A stretch of 64,000 nt of DNA from contig NW_027362773.1 in assembly GCF_046119375.1 (NCBI RefSeq), positions 135,098,001 to 135,162,000 of the forward strand, written 5' to 3'. The translations under genes and the position numbers were made by a program. This DNA comes from Phyllobates terribilis. Taxonomy: Eukaryota. The notes below the pieces were generated by a model, which worked only from the letters and a program-made list of their open reading frames with translations, was not told the DNA's origin and did no database searches. Below, one piece after another: positions 59,404 through 64,000 of this stretch; position 1 is the first letter of the stretch; every line of letters starts with the position of its first letter.

Positions 59404-61021
59404 CTAAGAAATTAATACATTTCATTAGAAAATTCATGAAAACTTGACTATGTGTTGCATCTATGACTGTTCATACCTGTGTTCTGTGAATTCCCATCAG
59501 TCCTATTCTTAGCATGAAAAATGCATTAACATCTAAAAAGTCTGTAAAGGCCCTTTAAAAATAGAACCTGAAGACCCGTTTATGCAACTTTTTAATATGC
59601 AAATTGTCTCTTCAATTTGCATATTTAATTTCCCAAAGGAGCATACATGGCTTTTAAGTCTCCTCACTCTCACATGCCAGGCTTGGCTTGTTACTCTCCA
59701 CAAGGAGAAACTTTAACCTTTAGATCTCCTATGCAACTTTTTAAAATGTTTAAAATAATAAATTAAGTAAAATCAGTCTCTCTAATGGAACTTTTTCAGA
59801 CATAAATCCATAAAAGTGCAAAAAATATGTTTAATGAGATGAAAAAAACACCCCAAATGCCATAAAAAGCTTCAAACAAAACTTGATGATTCGCTTACAA
59901 AGCTAACACCTCCCATTAGTTGGCTTAGTGTATGTTAGAAATTTGGACAACATTTTGACTCATTTTTCTGCATGTGGTGTTGTATGTTAAACCAAGCTTC
60001 TATTTCAGAACTCATCTTTTCAGGCAAGCCAGGACTATTCGTCAATAAAGGAACAGAAAACGGGTAATTTTTTAGCTCAAATTTTGCCCAAATTATTTCA
60101 AATTTTGCTGAATAAATCTACTCACTATTTTATTTCCGTAGGTAAGTTAAAAACATTTAAATTAGTCATTGAAGCAATGCAAGAGACTGGGATCTTGATG
60201 CTACTTTGTTTTTTGAGCACATATTGCTATACAAATGATACTTATTTTTAATTTGTTCTAAGTATTTATGATGCAAAATTATCAGGTTTTTTTTTTTTGT
60301 TCAATGGATTCTAAGACTGATGTCATTAAGTGGAGACTTCAAATATTTAAAGGGACTCTGTCAGCATAGAATGACTGTTCAAACGAAGTACCACCAATTT
60401 GTGCTTCACGGCGGGGCCAATCATTTAAATACACCTTCAGACCTGCTTGTTTGCCATTAATCTCCACCCAGTCTCTTCTTTGATTGACAGCTCTGGCATT
60501 ATAGGGCCGCAGTAGGGCGCAGATAAATGGAAAACAAGCAAGTAGGAAGATGTGTTTCAATGACTGGCCATGCCAAGGGTTGCGCCAAGAGCCTGTACTA
60601 GGCTGGCCAGTTTCCCTTTTAGGGTGTTATATGAGTACCATTTTAGTACTGTATTGAGTCTTATGATGAAATAAATAAGAGATGACATTGAAGTGCCAGA
60701 AATTCATTGATGTTCACTGCTTGGCTTGATCCTGGAACCCTTGGAGCCCTGTAGCCCTTGGAGTGAGATGCACCACATTTTTTAAAAGGATAATCAATTT
60801 GGTGCATCCTTTGGTTGCCTGCGCACCAAAAAATGAAATATACACCAGTCACAAGCTGGCATAAATTACAGTAATTTTTTTTGCATGATTGTAGCTAAAC
60901 TGACTTTTGCTAAGACCTGGAAAAAAAGTGTGAGGAATGAAGCAAAAGGAAAAAAAAGAATAATTTTTTCTGCCGCAACATCTCAAGTAAAATTATTGTA
61001 GAGATATAATAATGTTCATAC

Positions 61022-61160
61022 CTTAGAAATCACATATTCACAGTCCCCTTGCATATGATATTGCAGCTGATCAAAAGTTGTTATATGGGAGCCGCCTTCT
61101 ATAGAACAGGTTGCAGAACACGGAATGGCTGTACAATTCCATTTGCCACTATAACATGAA
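61022..61160 (-). CDS. Gel-forming mucin exon (end of the D1 assembly, start of VWD2)
   Basis: 139 nt, cag/gtatg, phase 2-0. Translates SCYSGKWNCTAIPCSATCSIEGGSHITTFDQLQYHMQGDCEYVISK (CSxxGGSHITTFD...GDCxYV signature). Confidence 0.93.
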
Positions 61161-61538
61161 CTGTATAGAAAGCATAGTCAAAAGTTCTCGTAAATATGGA
61201 TTGGATTAGCACAGCATTGATTTTATATTGTAGTATGCTAAGGGGGAAAAAAGGGATGGGTCGTTGGTAGCTCACCACGTCTCCTAATACGATTCCAGAT
61301 AGCCACATGGAGTTGCTCCTGTGGGTGTCATATCCGCTGGTGATTGCAGCCGTGGTGTAAACAGAAGAGAGGATTTTCAAGGCACGTCCGACCAGGAGGA
61401 ATAAAATTCAATCTTTATTGGAAAACTTTAAAATTGCATGTTAAAAACATAGAAACCTGGCGTGTTTCCGGTGCATATCAGCAACTGTACTCAAAGGATA
61501 CTAGTAAAGCTAAAAACCATCATATATATATATATATA

Positions 61539-61864
61539 CAGTACAGACCAAAAGTTTGGACACACCTTCTCATTTAAAGATTTTTCTGCATTTTCATGAC
61601 TATGAAAATTGTACATTCACACTGAAAGCATCAAAACTATGAATTAACACATGTGGAATTATATACTTAACAAAAAAGTGTGAAACAACTGAAAATATGT
61701 CTTATATTCTAGGTTCTTCAAAGTAGCCACCTTTTGCTTTGATGACTGCTTTGCACACTCTTGGCATTCTCTTGATGAGCTTCAAGACGTAGTCACCGGA
61801 AATGGTTTTCACTTCACAGTTGTCCCCTGTCAGGTTTAATAAGTGGGATTTCTTGCCTTATAAA
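61539..61864 (+). mobile_element. Left part of a Tc1-type element in a (TA)n tract, cut by a hAT insertion
   Basis: (TA)n|CAGTACAGACCAAAAGTTTGGACACAC terminus. Confidence 0.7.
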
Positions 61865-64000
61865 TAGAGATGAGCGTTGTTCTACTCGAACTGTTCGCCA
61901 ATCTCAAATTCGAGCTGTTTTGGGCGGTGTTCGAGCCGTTCGGCGAACACGAACAATTTGAGAAAAATTCGGCTGTTCGAGGTTATGTTCGATAACTGTT
62001 CGTGCACCAAAATCATAACTGGATTTTTTCTCAGTAATGATGAAAATTAATGTTAATACGCAGTTTGAGTGTACTGCGGGGTGGGGGGAGGGGCAGGGGA
62101 TGGATCTCTGCAGGAACAATGAAGATCTCCATTTTTTTTTTTCTCTTTCCCGCATTTACAGTGGGGAGGTGCAATCTGTCAGCCTATCAGCAGCGCACAC
62201 ACGGAGCGAAGTGCTTTTTTTCACACAAGCAAGGGCATGTGTCATTGGCAGTGTATGTCACATGTCCTTGCCCTATAAGACCAAGCCATTTTCCCCGTCG
62301 CCACCATTTTCTCACTGCTGCAGCTGCGTGTTAGACGGCACCGCTGTTGCTGTGTGCGCTATACCTTGTTAATTTCAAGCCAATTTTCGCACAAATCTAC
62401 AGATAGCTTGGGAGTAGGGAATAGTTGTGATTGCAGTCCTTTTAAGGACTAGGTTACAGCATTTCCTATGACTTTTATCAGGCAGGTCTGTGCTCTTAAA
62501 TAGATAGGTTGTGGGAGTAAAGACTAATTGTAATTGGAGTCCTTTTCAGGACTAGGTTACATCAGTTCCTATCAGTTTTTGCCAGGCAGGTCTGTGCCAG
62601 TGCTGTGCAAGTTTTTTTCACAGCATTTGGCTGAATCTAGCAAAGCTAATCCTTTTTGGATTATTGCAGAGTGTGTTAGTCAGTGGAGTAGCCTATCTGT
62701 GTTGCAAAATATACCACCTGTGTATAGAATACCAATTTTTTTACTGCACCTAGTGAAGTAAAATCTTTTGGGCATAGCATCATTCTATTAGTCCATCTAT
62801 ACTGACCTCCATCAGGTTGCAAATTGAATATAATTTTTTTCTGCATCTAGCTCTGAAAAAATATTGGGCTTCTAGCTGTGTGTGGGACTTGTTGTATTAG
62901 TCCATCTATACTGACCTCCATCAGGTTGCAAACTGAATATATTTTTTTCTGCATCTACCTCTGAAAAAATATTGGGCTTCTAGCTGTGTGTGGGACTTGT
63001 TCTATTAATCCATCTATACAGACCTCCATCAGGTTGCAAACTGAATATATTTTTTTCTGCATCTACCTCTGAAAAAATATTGGGCTTCTAGCTGTGTGTG
63101 GGACTTGTTGTATTAGTCCATCTATACTGACCTCCATCAGGTTGCAAATTAAAAATAATTTTTATCTGCATCTACAGTACCTCTGAAAAAATATTTGGGC
63201 TTCTATCTGTGTGTGGGACTTGTTCTATTAGTCCATCTATACTGACCTCCGTCAGGTTGCAAATTGAATATAATTTTTATCTGCATCTAGCTCTGAAAAA
63301 ATATTTGGCCTTCTAGCAGTGTGTGGGACTTTCTCTATTAGTCCATCTATACTGACCTCCATCAGGTTGCAAATTAAAAATAATTTTTATCTGCATCTAC
63401 CTCTGAAAAAATATTTGGGCTTCTAGCTGTGTGTGGGACTTGTTCTATTAATCCATCTATACAGACCTCCATCAGATTGCAAACTGAATATATTTTTTTC
63501 TGCATCTACCTCTGAAAAAATATGTGGCCTTCTAGCAGTGTGTGGGACTTTCTCTATTAGTCCATCTATACTGACCTCCATCAGGTTGCAAACTGAATAT
63601 AATTTTTTTCTGCATCTAGCTCTGAAAAAATATTTGGCCTTCTAGCAGTGTGTGGGACTTTCTCTATTAGTCCATCTATACTGACCTCCATCAGGTTGCA
63701 AATTCAAAATAATTTTTTGTCTGCATCTAGCTCTGAAAAAATATTGGGCTTCTAGCTGTGTGTGGGACTTGTTGTATTAGTCCATCTATACTGACCTCCA
63801 TCAGGTTGCAAATTAAAAATAATTTTTATCTGCATCTACAGTACCTCTGAAAAAATATTTGGGCTTCTAGCTGTGTGTGGGACTTGTTGTATTAGTCCAT
63901 CTATACTGACCTCCATCAGGTTACAAACTGAATATATTTTTTTCTGCATCTACCTCTGAAAAAATATTGGGCTTCTAGCTGTGTGTGGGACTTGTTCTAT
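61865..64000. mobile_element. Left part of a hAT element continuing beyond the window
   Basis: Starts TAGAGATGAGCG; first 170 bp are homologous to 53768-53935. Confidence 0.85.
62785..64000. repeat. About 109-110-bp tandem repeat, at least 11 copies, running off the window
   Basis: Anchor GTCCATCTATAC at 62791, 62900, 63008, 63116, 63231, 63341, 63451, 63560, 63670, 63780 and 63895; two units carry a 6-bp insertion. Confidence 0.93.

Noticed and set aside
16399-64000. CRISPR-like appearance of the regular repeats
   Set aside because: Units are contiguous with no unique spacers, and the context is a vertebrate intron with no cas genes.

Overview
Vertebrate, very probably anuran (frog), genomic DNA; the taxon is inferred from TE families and the 18S fragment. 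The window is almost entirely intronic. Six small minus-strand exons (721 nt spread over 35 kb) splice in frame into the second VWD domain and the start of the C8 domain of a gel-forming mucin (MUC2/MUC5 type). The introns are filled with nested transposons, most with readable target-site duplications (TSDs): several hAT elements, four Tc1 relics plus one Tc1 fragment, a piggyBac-type MITE, TTAA (T2/Kolobok-type) MITEs, L1 and L2 fragments, four solo LTRs, minisatellites and a degraded 18S rRNA fragment. There are two full LTR elements. The first (10136-15015, minus) is a chromodomain Ty3/Gypsy element with an open 1325-aa gag-pol and a Tf1-style self-priming signature. The second (18751-23234, plus) is the most unusual feature: a young non-autonomous LTR element with about 99% identical LTRs, a perfect tRNA-Ser PBS and no gag-pol. 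Instead it carries a disrupted ORF for a Pro/Ala-rich protein ending in a cold-shock (Y-box-like) RNA-binding domain and an acidic tail. All identities are by-eye counts; no database search was run.
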